Origin: Calditrichia bacterium
Lineage (GTDB): Bacteria; Calditrichota; Calditrichia; JAJRVZ01
Direction: 5' to 3'
DNA length: 64,000 bases
Assembly (NCBI GenBank): GCA_963777955.1
Contig: CAVZSQ010000017.1
Coordinates: forward strand, 64,001-128,000
Positions 33,713 to 45,167 of this stretch are shown one piece after another. The notes beneath the pieces are model-generated. The model was not told the DNA's origin, searched no databases, and saw only the letters and a list, made by a program, of their open reading frames with translations. Every line of letters begins with the position of its first letter. Position 1 is the stretch's first letter. A program made the translations under genes and the position numbers.

Positions 33713-34921
33713 ATGATGCGGAAATTCTGTCTGCCAGAATTCTCTGGGCCACGGGGCAGTAATTCCTCGTGGCAATTTCGTGTTTGCACATTAACCTTTA
33801 TTATTTTTACTATCATGACTAAATCTGCTCCGGCTAAACAAGATTCACTGCTGGTTTGTTTTCAGGTCGCAGCCAGTAATTTGCCTGATACGGCCAAAAT
33901 ATATATTGCAGGCAACCATCCGCAGTTGGGGAACTGGCAACCGGATCAGGTTGCTCTGCAGAGGCAGACCGGTACAAATATCTGGTCAGCCGGCTTTAGA
34001 TTCCCCTCCGGCCAGATTCTGGAATACAAGTTCACCAGGGGGGATTGGTCTGCAGAAGCTGCCAATGCGGATGGAACGGTTCCTGCGAACAGCATATTAA
34101 AAGTCGAAGAAGATACGACACTGGTTACTGAAATCAAATACTGGAAAGATGCCTTTCAGTATGAGATCCACAGACAAATTACCGGTACATTCCGTTATCA
34201 TCGCCGGGTTGAGGGCAATGACCTTAAGCCCAGGGATATAATTGTCTGGCTCCCTCCGGATTACGAAAAAAATACAAAACTCCATTATCCGGTTCTGTAT
34301 ATGCACGATGGGCAGAACCTGTTTGATCCGCATACCTCTGCCTTCGGGATAGACTGGCAGGTTGATGAAACCGCCGATAGCCTGATCCGGGATAAAAAAA
34401 TCAGTCCGTTGATTATTGTCGGCATTTACAACACTTCCCAGCGTAATGATGAATATGCACCCAATGATACCGGTCGGACTTACATGAAGTTCGTGGTGGA
34501 ACAGGTAAGGCCGTTAATCGATAGCACTTATCGCACTTTGACTGATCGGCAGAATACGGCTACCGGGGGTTCATCCCTGGGTGGATTGATTTCTTTCATG
34601 TTATTGTGGGAATACCCGCAGATATTTTCCAAAGCCGCCTGCTTTTCACCTGCCCTCAAAATCGGGGCACTGGATTATGTATCCCGGGTCCGCCAGGATG
34701 GCAAACAAAAACTGCCGGTCATGATATATCTGGATAACGGCGGTGTCGGACTGGAAGAAAAACTGCAACCGGGAATCGATGAAATGCTGCTAACCCTGAA
34801 AGATATCGGGTACAAAATGGATCGGGACTATTATTGGTACAAGGATAGTACGGCCACCCATAATGAATCAGCCTGGGCAAAACGGGTCTGGCGTCCATTG
34901 GTCTTATTCTGGGGCCGATAA
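33713..34921 (+). CDS. CBM20 domain plus alpha/beta-hydrolase (putative esterase)
   Basis: IYIAGNHPQLGNW..EYKFTRG; YPVLYMHDGQNLF, GSSLGG and HNESAW; true start may be downstream. Confidence 0.85.
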   Translation: MMRKFCLPEFSGPRGSNSSWQFRVCTLTFIIFTIMTKSAPAKQDSLLVCFQVAASNLPDTAKIYIAGNHPQLGNWQPDQVALQRQTGTNIWSAGFRFPSGQILEYKFTRGDWSAEAANADGTVPANSILKVEEDTTLVTEIKYWKDAFQYEIHRQITGTFRYHRRVEGNDLKPRDIIVWLPPDYEKNTKLHYPVLYMHDGQNLFDPHTSAFGIDWQVDETADSLIRDKKISPLIIVGIYNTSQRNDEYAPNDTGRTYMKFVVEQVRPLIDSTYRTLTDRQNTATGGSSLGGLISFMLLWEYPQIFSKAACFSPALKIGALDYVSRVRQDGKQKLPVMIYLDNGGVGLEEKLQPGIDEMLLTLKDIGYKMDRDYYWYKDSTATHNESAWAKRVWRPLVLFWGR

Positions 34922-34964
34922 TTATACTCACTGCACCCGGGCAGAATTCTAAAGAGGGTAAACA

Positions 34965-35681
34965 GTGTCGGATTCAATCAAATCCATCGCTAAATTAATT
35001 GATCATTCTTTACTCCACCCCAAACTTGGTGATGAGGAACTGCAGGCCGGTTGTCTGCTGGCCCGCCAGTATGATGTCGCTTCAGTTTGTATCAAACCCT
35101 ACGCTGTACCTTTGGCCAGGGAAATTCTGGCAAAATCACAGGTCCGCGTGGGTACGGTTATCGGGTTTCCGCATGGCAGTAATCACCTGGAGATCAAAGT
35201 TAAAGAAACCGAAAGAGCCCTGGCCGACGGCGCTGAAGAGTTGGACATGGTGATCAACATCGGTAAAGTACTAAGCGCCGACTGGGCTTATATAGCCGAG
35301 GAAATCAGGACAATTAATAATATCCTGATTAATAACAACGGAATTCTTAAAGTCATCTTTGAAAATGATTTTTTAACTGATAAAAACTATAAACTGAAAC
35401 TTTGTGAAATATGCAATCAGCAGGCAGTGGCTTTTGTCAAAACCTCTACCGGATACGGCTTTGTTAAACAAAAGGATGGAAATTATAATTATAGCGGTGC
35501 GACCGATGCGGATTTGGTTTTAATGCGCAATAATTGTAGTAAATCAGTCCAGATTAAAGCGGCCGGTGGAATACGCACCCTGGATGATTTATTGCGTGTT
35601 AGAGCGCTGGGGGTAACCAGAGTGGGCACCACTTCCACTAAAAACATATTGCAGGAAGCTAAAGACCGGGGTTATATTTAG
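34965..35681 (+). CDS. deoC: Deoxyribose-phosphate aldolase
   Basis: IDHSLL, VIGFPHG, ELDMVIN, FVKTSTG and IKAAGGIR motifs. Confidence 0.95.
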   Translation: MSDSIKSIAKLIDHSLLHPKLGDEELQAGCLLARQYDVASVCIKPYAVPLAREILAKSQVRVGTVIGFPHGSNHLEIKVKETERALADGAEELDMVINIGKVLSADWAYIAEEIRTINNILINNNGILKVIFENDFLTDKNYKLKLCEICNQQAVAFVKTSTGYGFVKQKDGNYNYSGATDADLVLMRNNCSKSVQIKAAGGIRTLDDLLRVRALGVTRVGTTSTKNILQEAKDRGYI

Positions 35682-35890
35682 ACTAAAACTAAAAAAGTTT
35701 GTCGACGATGTTTAAAACCTGATCTTTGTTCAAGAATTGTTTCGTAACTGTCGACAATTAAAGTAATATTCTCATTAAACCTTAAACCTTGCATTTTTAA
35801 ACGGGAAGGTTTAAATTTTTGGGGATGTGTAACTTCTTTAATTTTCAGTAAATTACACACTAATTTTATATAACAAGTCTGGAGTGTAAA

Positions 35891-38800
35891 ATGAATATTA
35901 AGGGGCAATACCAAAAGAGTTTTATACTTGTTGTTGTCGTACTGATTTACTTTTTGCACCTCTCGACACTTTATGCCCAGAAAGCCAGTGCAGAATTTAT
36001 CTCTACTATTATTCCCTCAAACTTAAATACGGGCCAGCAAGTCAAAGACGGCGTGCAAAATCTTACCTACAAGGACAATATTCTGTATGTAGTTAATGTT
36101 TGGGCTGGTATCCAGGTAATCGATGTGAGCAATGTTTATAAACCGAAAGAGATTGGACGTTATCAGAATGAACATCGCGCCCATAATTTATTCATCGATG
36201 ATAATTATGGCTACCTCTCCGATGAACTGGAAGGGGTCAGTATTCTGGACCTTTCCAATCCCACAGCCATCTCCCGCGTAGGCAAAATTCCCACTGAAGG
36301 TAATGCCTGGTGGGTCGAAGCGAACTTTCCTTATGTTTATATCGCCGAAGAAGAACGGGGAGTTACCGTATACAATATAACGGATGTGACCAATCCGATG
36401 CTCATCGGCAATTATGACACCCCCGGTTGGACCTGGGGATTGAATGTGCAGGGTGATTATGTATATGTAGCCGATAAAACCGGTGGACTATTGATCCTCG
36501 ACTTTACCGTAAAAGAATCCCCCGTCTTAGTCGGTCAATTCAAAGAACCCAGGCAGGCCAAAACGATCCAGATCGAAGATAATTATCTTTACCTTACCGA
36601 CGGACCCAATGGATTATTTATTCTTGATATCACCAATCCAAAATTCCCTGCTCTGGTCAGCCGGGTTAAAAGCGAAGGTTTTATTTTCAACGTTTTTAAA
36701 AGCGGAAAATACGCTTATCTGGCCAATGAATCTTTACGCCGTCTGGATATAGTCAGTTTAACCGATATAAAGAAGCCGGTTCTCGAAGCGAGTTATCAGG
36801 CGGACGATAAAATTTACAGCGTCTGGAAAAAGGATGTGTACGTTTTTGTCGCGGCTAATAGCAAGACGCTTATCCTGCGGCATAATAATCCTCCCGTACT
36901 GGCGGAAATTCCGGCCCAGACTGTTGATGAACAACAAGTACTTACAATTAAACCCGAAGGATATGATCCTGACGGCGATCCCATCTTCTATCGTGTAAAA
37001 AGTTTGCCTGACGGCGCCAGGTTCGATAGCACCAGCGGTGCTTTTAGCTGGACCCCGACGTATGATCAATCCGGACTCTATAAGAATGTAACGATCAGCA
37101 TCATTGAAAAAACAGATAGTAAACTGGCCACCAGTCAGACTTTTGATATTACGGTACAACATGTAAATCGCGCACCGGCACTTCCGGAAGTGGAAAATTA
37201 TACGGTTAGTGAAAATCAATCCCTCAGTTTTGAAATTAAAGAAGGGAGTGATCCGGATAAAGAGGATAAAGGTAAACTTGCCTACACCACCGAGAATTTG
37301 CCCGAGGGCGCAGTTTTTGATTCCCTGAAAAGAAAATTTACCTGGACGCCCAATTTTGACCAGTCCGGAACATATGCCCTCGATTTCATCGTCAAAGATC
37401 CCCCCGGTGCAACTGCCCGCGATGCCTCTACCATTACCGTGCTCCATGTGGATCGTAAACCGGTAATTGCGGCGATTGAAAATAAAACAGTTGACGAAAA
37501 TCAGAGTATGGAATTTACTGTCGAAGGCAGCGATCCGGATAAGGAGGATCAGAATATTATCGCTTACTCGGCCCGGAATCTGCCTAAAGGCGCTGTGTTT
37601 ACCGCTGCCAGACAACAGTTTGCCTGGACCCCATCCTATGACCAGGCCGGTGAATATCCAGACCTGTTATTTATCATTACCGCCGGTAAACAATCTGATT
37701 CGACCATGATGAATATTACCGTCAATAATATGAGCCGGCCACCTGTTCTGGAATCTATTGCAGCAAAAACCATCGATGAACAAAAACTCCTGTCTTTCAT
37801 GGTCAGTGCTACCGATCCTGATGCCGAAGATCAGCAGCGCCTGAAATTCACCGCACAGAATTTACCCCCGGGGGCAAAATTCAGCGCCGACTCGCTGCGT
37901 TTTAACTGGACCCCATCCTACGACCAGGCCGGCAGTTATGCGGAGATTTCCATAACGGTGACCGATCCTTTCGGTTTGAGTGACTCAAAATCTTTTACTA
38001 TTAATGTAAATAACATCAACCGGCCGCCGGTGCTGGCAGAAATACCGGCACAGATTGTGGACGAGGATAAACCATTGACCTTTACGGTGACCGGCAGCGA
38101 TCCCGATAAAGAGGATCAGGATAAATTAAAATACAGCGCAAAACAATTGCCGGCCGGAGCAACCCTGACAGATAACGTTTTTAACTGGACACCCGGTTAT
38201 GATCAATCAGGAGATTATGCGCCGCAAATTTCAATATCGGATGGTATCCTGTCAGATACAAAAACCGCGCAAATTACAGTAAAACACGTTAACCGTCCTC
38301 CTACCCTTGAACCGGTCATTGCCAAAACGGTCGATGAGAATAAAATTTTAGAATTTAAAATTACCGCCGGCGATCCGGATAAAGAAGATACCGGCCTGTG
38401 GAAATTAACCGTTGCCCAGTTACCTGAGGGCGCGGTTTTTGATCCGGCCACGGCTGATTTCAGCTGGACACCTAATTTTGACCAGTCAGGCCTGTATACA
38501 CTGAAGTTCACCAATACCGATCCGGCTGGATTGATTGCCGCCGAGGATGTTCAGGTAACCGTCAATCATGTAAACCGTACCCCTGTTTTCAATATCCTGA
38601 CCGCCCAGCCATTGGAAGAAAATACGCCTTTCAGTATGAACATCCCTGCCGGCGAGGATCCGGATAAAGAAGATGCGCAAAAATTGATTTATGCTGCACA
38701 AAATTTGCCGGAAGGTGCGACTTTTGACGCTGTGTCCCGCACCCTGTCCTGGACACCTTCCTATGCTCAGGCCGGTCAATACAATCTGAACATTTCATGC

Positions 38801-40031
38801 AGTGACGGCCCCTTCAGCGTAAAGCAACCTCTGAATCTGACAGTGAACAACATAAATCGTCCACCGGAAATCCAGTCGATCGCCGATCAAACAGTTGACG
38901 AAAATCAGGAACTTAATCTGCAGGTTATTTTCAGCGATCCCGACGAAGAAGATCAGGGCAAAATCCAATTAACAGCACTTAATATACCTGCCGGTGTGGA
39001 ATTTAATGATATAAACGGTGAACTGAGGCTGGAAACCTACATATGTACAGGCCGGAGTATATAATAATATTGAAATGACGGCAACCGATCCCGGTGGATT
39101 AATGATCAAGAAAAGTTTTAACATCACCGTTAATAATGTGAACAGACCGCCGTTGGTCAAACCGCTGGTCAAAACCACCATTGCCGAGAATACTCCTGTC
39201 AGCGTTACTGCCGAGGCGACAGATCCGGATCAGGAAGATGCCGGTAAATTACAATTTTCAGGCGATAATCTTCCCGCTGGAGCCACTCTGGAGCCCTCCG
39301 GCGGCACCTTCTCCTGGACCCCTGATTTTACCCAGGCCGGTGAATATACCGTCAATTTAAAAGTGACTGATAGCGGTAATCTGAGTGCTGAAACACCCCT
39401 GGCACTTTCGATCACCAATGTGAATCGTAATCCGGTTATCCAGCCTGTAGAAACCAAAGATATAAATGAAAATGAAACGGTAAAATTGAGTATAGCCGCC
39501 ACTGACGAAGATAAGGATGACCGCTTAAAATTCTCACTTGAAGAAGCACCACGTGGTGCTTCGATCAATGAGACCAGCGGCGAGTTGTCCTGGACTCCCG
39601 ATTATACCCAAGCGGGTGAATATGCATTTAAGGTTAAAGTCAACGATGGTACAATCGATGATGTCGCTATTGTAACCATAAATGTAAATAACGTAAATCG
39701 CAAACCTGATATTCAGGGTGTCAGTCCGGTGACAGCCACCGTCGGCGAATCTATTGAACTTAGTTTTAATGGTTCCGATCCTGACAATGATAAATTGACC
39801 TACCAGGTCTCGGGTTTACCGGCTGGCGCCAATTTTGACGTCAACAGCGGAAAATTCAGTTGGCAGCCGGGCGCTGACCAGGCCGGCTCATATAAATTTA
39901 CCGTAACCGTTTCCGACGGCACCGATTCGGCTGAGACGACAGCCGGCATCACGGTCAATCCGGCGGCAGTACCACCACCTGAACCCGTTCCGCCTGAATC
40001 AGCGCCACCGGAACAACCATCAACTCCGTAG
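35891..40031 (+). CDS. Large secreted protein: LVIVD propeller, 11 cadherin/He_PIG-like Ig repeats and Pro-rich tail; frameshifted near 39030
   Basis: LVIVD repeats (YVYVAD..GLLILD); ~95-aa repeats NRPP..DPDKED..LPxGA..FSWTPxYDQxG continue in ORF 39075-40031. Confidence 0.85.
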
Positions 40032-40144
40032 GATCGATGGTCTGACTTGTAGATCAGAACTGATAGCAAGTATACGTGGATTGCCGCAATCATGGCGGTC
40101 AATCCACGTTTTCATTTTTGATCGTATTGATATTTTGATTTGCA

Positions 40145-40775
40145 GTGTCTATGTCTCTCTGGCAAAACATAAAGAAAAAATCAAAAAGTTATTTCCTTTC
40201 GGGCATTTTGTTTTTCGTTCCGCTGGTAATAACCATTGTGGTCATTAAAGCGATCTTCACTTTTCTGGATAATTTGTTGTTTCCATATTTGCAGCCTTAT
40301 TTTGGATACTGGCTGCCGGGTATAGGTATTCTGATTATCCTGGGCATGATTCTGCTGACGGGTATGCTGGTAACCAATTATATGGGCCGGAAATTTTTCC
40401 AGTTCGGCGAGAAGATGGTCTTGCATATCCCCCTGGTAAAATCGATCTACGGTTCAGTCAAACAGATTCTGCAGACATTTTCCGGCCAGGAAAAACAGGT
40501 GAATAAGAAAGTGGTGCTGGTTGAATACCCCAGGGAAAATGTCTGGTCGGTGGGACTGGTCAACGGCGAGCTAGCTGCATCCGCAGACCCGGGCGGAGCT
40601 GTACAGTATCCTGATTATCGCCGCCATCAATCCCGCCTCAGGCTTTTTCATTATGGTGCCAAAAGAAAAAGTTATTCTACTTGATCTCAGCGTGGAAGAG
40701 GCCATGAAATGGATAGTTTCCGGTGGTATCATTACTCCCGATTCGTTCAAACATTTTCAGGCCCAATTGAAATAA
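40145..40775 (+). CDS. DUF502 family membrane protein, frameshifted near 40590
   Basis: FLSGILFFVPLVIT, IPLVKSIYGSVKQI, VVLVEYPR; other frame NPASGFF..SVEEAMKWIVSGG ending at TAA 40775. Confidence 0.8.
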
Positions 40776-41169
40776 CTAAAATCATCATCACCCTCCTGAC
40801 AAAAATAAGCAGCAGCATGTGCCGGCGCAGCTGACCGATTATTTTTCATTGGACATTGATTATTTCATAATTATATTAATAGTGTTAGATATTTATTACT
40901 TCTGATAGAATTCTGGATTCAGGCAATAATTATACCGGTTTCGTTAACGTTTTAAAGATAGCGGTGGGACGTATTATGACACGGCCGTATTCCAGGTTCG
41001 ATAAAATGTTAAAATTTTAAAAATACATCGAGTGAGGCGTGTTATTACACGGCTGTGCTTCTGCCTTTCGCCATGATATAAGGATAGTAAATACAAAAGG
41101 TTTCGGGAAAATAGTTGTATATTTTTTTTATTATTTATTTTATATTTTAGATGACGAAAAGACGGACTA

Positions 41170-41193
41170 GTCTAACTTAATTATATGTTAGGC
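41170..41193 (+). other. attI-like (or collapsed attC) site at the array head
   Basis: GTCTAAC-N10-GTTAGGC; the GTTAGGC pairs with the R'' of cassette 1. Confidence 0.5.
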
Positions 41194-41211
41194 AAACCTT
41201 GGGGAGGATAT

Positions 41212-41901
41212 ATGAAAATCTTTATCTTACTCCTCTTAATATTTATCTCAATCACGCTTTTTTCTTGCATAGATCTATCTGGACCTGAAGATCCATCACA
41301 TGCTCCCGGGAACATCTACGGTTATGTATATGATAAAATTTCAGATGAACCTGTTCCAGGTACACGTATTATTGTTCTACAAGGTGACGATTTCACCTTG
41401 ACAGATTCTTCAGGATATTTTGAAATTGATAGTATCAGCCAGGGTTATTACAGCATATTTGCCATCAAAGAGGACTATTATGTAGACTCTTTAAATATTC
41501 AAATTAAAACAAATGAAGAAATTCCGACAAATTTTTCAATCTCGTTTAAAGGATTGTATGCGATTACTGATTCATCAAGATATCACATTGAAAATCAACA
41601 AAATATTATAAAGGTAAGAATTATAAATAATGCGGAGTATACGCATTATCTATGGTGGTGGTGTGATATTATGTTTGAATCATATAAATATAAGGGAACT
41701 GCTTGGGAAATATTTTCAGCGCGTGCTTGTTTACTTAATGTGGCGCCCCAGCTTATTGAAATTGCAGCGAAGGATTCAACGATCGCACAGATGCCGATTA
41801 GCGAAGGAGGCAAGTTCTATATTAAAATTCCATACAGAATATCTGAAGACGATATAGACAGATTAGTATATACAAATATTTTTGAGGTAATAAAAAAATA
41901 A
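41212..41901 (+). CDS. Cassette: lipoprotein with carboxypeptidase-regulatory-like domain
   Basis: GGAGG RBS, LFSC lipobox, GNIYGYVYD..PVPG..TDSSGYFEI. Confidence 0.75.
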   Translation: MKIFILLLLIFISITLFSCIDLSGPEDPSHAPGNIYGYVYDKISDEPVPGTRIIVLQGDDFTLTDSSGYFEIDSISQGYYSIFAIKEDYYVDSLNIQIKTNEEIPTNFSISFKGLYAITDSSRYHIENQQNIIKVRIINNAEYTHYLWWWCDIMFESYKYKGTAWEIFSARACLLNVAPQLIEIAAKDSTIAQMPISEGGKFYIKIPYRISEDDIDRLVYTNIFEVIKK

Positions 41902-41907
41902 GGGTTT

Positions 41908-42023
41908 GCCTAACACCGCAGTCCAGCGGACCCGCCTGAGGCGGGCCGGTTATACCTGGTCGATAAGCCGACCGCTTGTGGTCGGCTTATCGGCGCGGCG
42001 GCTTTTCCGTCGCGCCGTTAGAA
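41908..42023 (+). repeat. attC-like site 1 (compound: 61-bp site to GATAAGC 41968, then two extra hairpins to GTTAGAA)
   Basis: GCCTAAC..CCCGCC-TGA-GGCGGG..GGTC-GATAAGC; GCTTATC..GTTAGAA. Confidence 0.8.
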
Positions 42024-42035
42024 TTTGGAGGTTTT

Positions 42036-42445
42036 ATGAGATCTGTTATTTTCTTAGAATTGTGTGTATTGCTTTGTTTATTATTTGGTTGTAATCCAAG
42101 TTATGTTAGTATGACACCAGAGCAAAGAAAAGAGCAATCCATTAAAGACTATGAGACAACTCAAAAAATGATAAATGAAGGGAAAATTACTTTTGAAGGT
42201 GGGGATGGTTCTTCAGAAGAAAATGCAATCATAATAAAGGGTACAACTAAGTCAAAATATGGTATAAAAGTCGAGTACATATATATTATGATGAAGCATA
42301 GTAATGGAGATAATGATTGGGAAATTATATCACAAGCTCTGGAGGAAATGATAGAAAAAAATATGATATATTCACTATAAAGAATAAAAAAACAGACGAA
42401 GAAAAAATATATTGTTTTGACATTACTAAATATTTTGGCAGATAG
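42036..42445 (+). CDS. Cassette: lipoprotein, frameshifted near 42345
   Basis: GGAGG RBS, LFGC lipobox, GGDGSSEENAIII; other frame ends IYCFDITKYFGR*. Confidence 0.65.
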
Positions 42446-42470
42446 AATAAATATATTATTGATCATTAAT

Positions 42471-42610
42471 TTCGCGAATTCATGTTTGAGTCCGGCAATA
42501 GCCGGACGAGTTTGAATTCGTCGAAGGTCTTTTTGCCTACTTTTTGGCCAGTCAAAAAGTCAGCCGCCGGAGGCGGAATAAGTTTATAAGAAATCAAATT
42601 TGGCTCTAAC
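42471..42610 (+). repeat. Structured non-coding element, copy A
   Basis: TTCGCGAATTCA-TGTTTGA-GTCCGGC-AATA-GCCGGAC-GAGTT-TGAATTCG; ACTTTTTG..CAAAAAGT; CGCC-GGA-GGCG; tail to CTCTAAC. Confidence 0.85.
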
Positions 42611-42702
42611 ACCACGCTCAAGTAGAGGACAACGAACCGGTTGAACGTGAATTGTAAAATGTGTGGAAATCGGTTTACGCCGGCTACCGTTGGTCGTTAG
42701 GT
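42604..42702 (+). repeat. attC-like site 2 (long class)
   Basis: CTCTAAC..GTTAGGT, 99 bp. Confidence 0.7.
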
Positions 42703-42723
42703 AGAAAAATTGAGGTGAAAAAT

Positions 42724-43264
42724 ATGTTTATCAAAAAGAATTTCTATTTTTGGATATTAATCATGTTTCTATTATTAAACTCAAATAATTTTGCTCAGGA
42801 TACACTTAATTATAGGCATTATAATTTTGGATTCGGAGTTACCTTACTAAAAGATTATACGTTTTATTTCCCGATATTTATTACAAATAATATCAAAATG
42901 GAACCGGAACTCTACTATCGTCGTGATTCAGATCCTTATCATGATCAGGAAAGTACAGAGTTAGAAATTGGTACAGGATTATTTTATTCGCGGCACTATT
43001 CTCAATTAAATATTTATTCGGGTTTGAGAGCGGTCTATAGTTTTTATAATAGCTGGGACAAGTATGAGGGAATCGAACTTGGTCCGACTTTAGGGGGTGA
43101 GTATTTTTTAGTCTGCTCGTTTCAGTCTTGGCACTGAAATGCAACTTAAATATTATCATCATAGGTACTCTTCCAGAAATGACCGCCAAGTTCCCCTTAA
43201 AGGTGTTACGAGAAGTGGTATCTGGACATATGCTTATTTCATTATGAGAATTTATTTGTTTTAA
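42724..43264 (+). CDS. Cassette: small outer-membrane beta-barrel-like protein, frameshifted near 43110
   Basis: Signal peptide, aromatic beta-strands, GPTLGGEYF; other frame ends MRIYLF*. Confidence 0.55.
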
Positions 43265-43290
43265 TTTTACAATTAAATATTTAGGTACTT

Positions 43291-43352
43291 GTCTATCAAG
43301 CGCTTTAAATCGAACCCGCCTTTGGCGGGCCGGTTATACCTGGTCGATAGAA
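43291..43352 (+). repeat. attC-like site 3 (ATC/GAT core variant)
   Basis: GTCTATC..CCCGCC-TTT-GGCGGG-CCGGTTATACCTGGTC-GATAGAA, 62 bp. Confidence 0.7.
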
Positions 43353-43541
43353 GTGGAGAATATTTGAGAAGAATTAATTATAGATAGAATTGGTTTTGAA
43401 GTTCGCGAATTCATGTTTGAGTCCGGCAGTAGCCGGGCGAGTTTGAATTCGCGAAGGGTTTTTTTGCCTACTTTTTGACCAGACAAAAAGTAGGTCGCCG
43501 AAGGCGAAATAGTTATATAATTAATTAATTTTGGCTCTAAC
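43346..43541 (+). repeat. Structured non-coding element, copy B (gene-less cassette)
   Basis: Fills the whole interval between attC3 and attC4; perfect hairpins including CCTACTTTTTG/CAAAAAGTAGG and CGCC-GAA-GGCG. Confidence 0.85.
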
Positions 43542-43628
43542 AAACATTTGTTGTGGACGCCGAACCGACCAGCTTGAAATATAGAATATGCTAAGCCATC
43601 AGGCGCCTGTGACTTTTTGTCATTAAAC
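43535..43628 (+). repeat. attC-like site 4 (long class, ATT right end)
   Basis: CTCTAAC-AAACATTTG..GTGACTTTTTGTC-ATTAAAC. Confidence 0.6.
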
Positions 43629-43640
43629 TTAGGACAATTT

Positions 43641-44085
43641 ATGAGAATATTTTATCTTTTAATTGTGCTTATTTCATTTTTTTCGAAAATCTTTGCTCAA
43701 ACTGAATCTGATTCTATTACTGTAACTGCGCTCGCCAGATCAGAAATTTCAATAATACAACTATTAGCTGATCTGGGGAAAATATCATAATTATGAGATC
43801 ATTGTTTCCGGATTTATGCACTTAAATTTTGAAGATCATGCTATTTATTTTTCCAAAAATCATGCAGATTTTTTGATTGGATCTGATGCTTTTTGGATTG
43901 ATTTTTCTGATACAGTAAAAGTTTTCGATATGGATATTAGTAATTCTAAAGTTGTTGGATTGAAAGATTTGAAAAATTTGAATAATAAATATGTAACTCT
44001 AAAAGGAATTTTTAATAAAAATAATAATGGACATCTAGCTTCATACTCAGGTGCTATAGAAAATATTACTGAAATACATGAGTGA
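43641..44085 (+). CDS. Cassette: secreted hypothetical protein, frameshifted near 43780
   Basis: AGGA RBS and signal peptide MRIFYLLIVLISFF; continues into ORF 43816-44085. Confidence 0.55.
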
Positions 44086-44177
44086 TTTAAAGACGGTATG
44101 ATGGATCTAAAGAATTAATTGGTATTGATAAAGCAACCGGTAAACTCGTACCTCTTGATTCAACAACAAATAAATAA

Positions 44178-44273
44178 GTCTAACCTGGGTATAAAGTTAA
44201 ACCTTCACGCGCCGGCTTTTCGCTAAGTTAAGTTATGTCAAGCGTTCGATCAACTTATACTTTGCAGATAAGC
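44178..44273 (+). repeat. attC-like site 5 (distinct sequence type, GAT right end)
   Basis: GTCTAAC..GTATAAAGTT..AACTTATAC..GATAAGC, 96 bp. Confidence 0.6.
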
Positions 44274-44304
44274 CCATTAATTAAAAATAAATTATTATAA
44301 AAAA

Positions 44305-44921
44305 ATGATTATTGAGACAAATACGATCAAATTAACTGAATTTAGTTAAAATGATGTCAAAGATATTATAAATCAATTAAATAATTCAAACTGTGAAATT
44401 ATAATTTTAGGTAAATCAAAATACGAATTTATTCAAGGTGCAAATAATGAGAATAAAGAATTTCAAATAGAAATTAGTGAACAAAAAAATAATGTGATAG
44501 AGTTCGTCGAACAATTAGATACATTTTATAATTAATGAAGTCAAAACACTTTTTATTCAATATTATAGAAATGATTCGACTTGGACTGAGAAATTTAAAA
44601 TGGAAGATTATATTAATAAGAAATGGTTACTTTTTAAGTGATAGTGCTAGAAAGGTATGCTTAATATTTGGTGCAATTTTACTCGTGGTGTACTTCGCTA
44701 TTCGTATAAATATTCCTGATAGTTCGTTAAGAAATATTTTGGGATTAAAGTGGTACTATTATCTGACCATATGTTGAAGTTTAATTTCTCTTGGGACTGG
44801 TCATGAGTTAAAAAACTTGAAAAATAATGAGGGAAATAACCAGGTTTATACAGTTGGAACGTGGATTGCGACAGCAATTTTACTTATAGTAAGTTTTTTG
44901 TCATTAGTTGGCATCATTTAA
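44305..44921 (+). pseudogene. Cassette: fragmented membrane-protein ORF
   Basis: Several short AT-rich + strand fragments with hydrophobic stretches, ending in TAA just before attC6. Confidence 0.4.
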
Positions 44922-45000
44922 ATCTATCACCGGCCTCAACCAGATTCTGGCTTTGCCTGCCTGGCGACAGGTCGGGGCCGGTTATGCCTGGTCGTTAAAG
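44922..45000 (+). repeat. attC-like site 6 (ATC left end)
   Basis: ATCTATC-ACCGGCCTCAACC..CCGGTTATGCCTGGTC-GTTAAAG. Confidence 0.7.
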
Positions 45001-45167
45001 GTGGAAAATATTTGAGAAGAATTAATTAAAAATAGAATTGGTTTTGAAGTTCGGTAGCCGGACGAGTTTGAATTGGTCGCAGATCCTTTTGCTGACTTTT
45101 TGGCCAGTCAAAAAGTAAGCCGCCGGAGGCGGGAATAAGTTTATAAGAAATCAAATTTGGCTCTAAC
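44994..45167 (+). repeat. Structured non-coding element, copy C (gene-less cassette; left arm of hairpin 1 deleted)
   Basis: Same leader (GTGGAAAATATTTGAGAAGAATTAATT) as copies B and E; same tail as copy A. Confidence 0.8.

Noticed and set aside
36758..37615. 285-aa minus-strand ORF and other antisense ORFs in the track
   Set aside because: They lie antisense to well-supported genes and have no recognisable motifs.
40780..41165. Integrase remnant upstream of the array
   Set aside because: No ORF or tyrosine-recombinase motif was recognisable on either strand.
41166..41193. dif/Xer site
   Set aside because: ATGTTA resembles the XerD arm, but no XerC arm lies at 6-bp spacing; the cassette-core pairing explains it better.
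43364..43390. TTGAGA..TAGAAT promoter in the leader of copies B, C and E
   Set aside because: The spacer is only 15 bp and the motif is absent from copies A and F; not supported without TSS data.
43402..43455. Hairpin 1 of the element as a hammerhead ribozyme (TGA-GTCC..GGAC-GA)
   Set aside because: The core reads TGTTTGA/GAGT rather than CTGANGA/GAAA, and no stem I/III with an NUH site is evident. It does not fit a clean kink-turn either.
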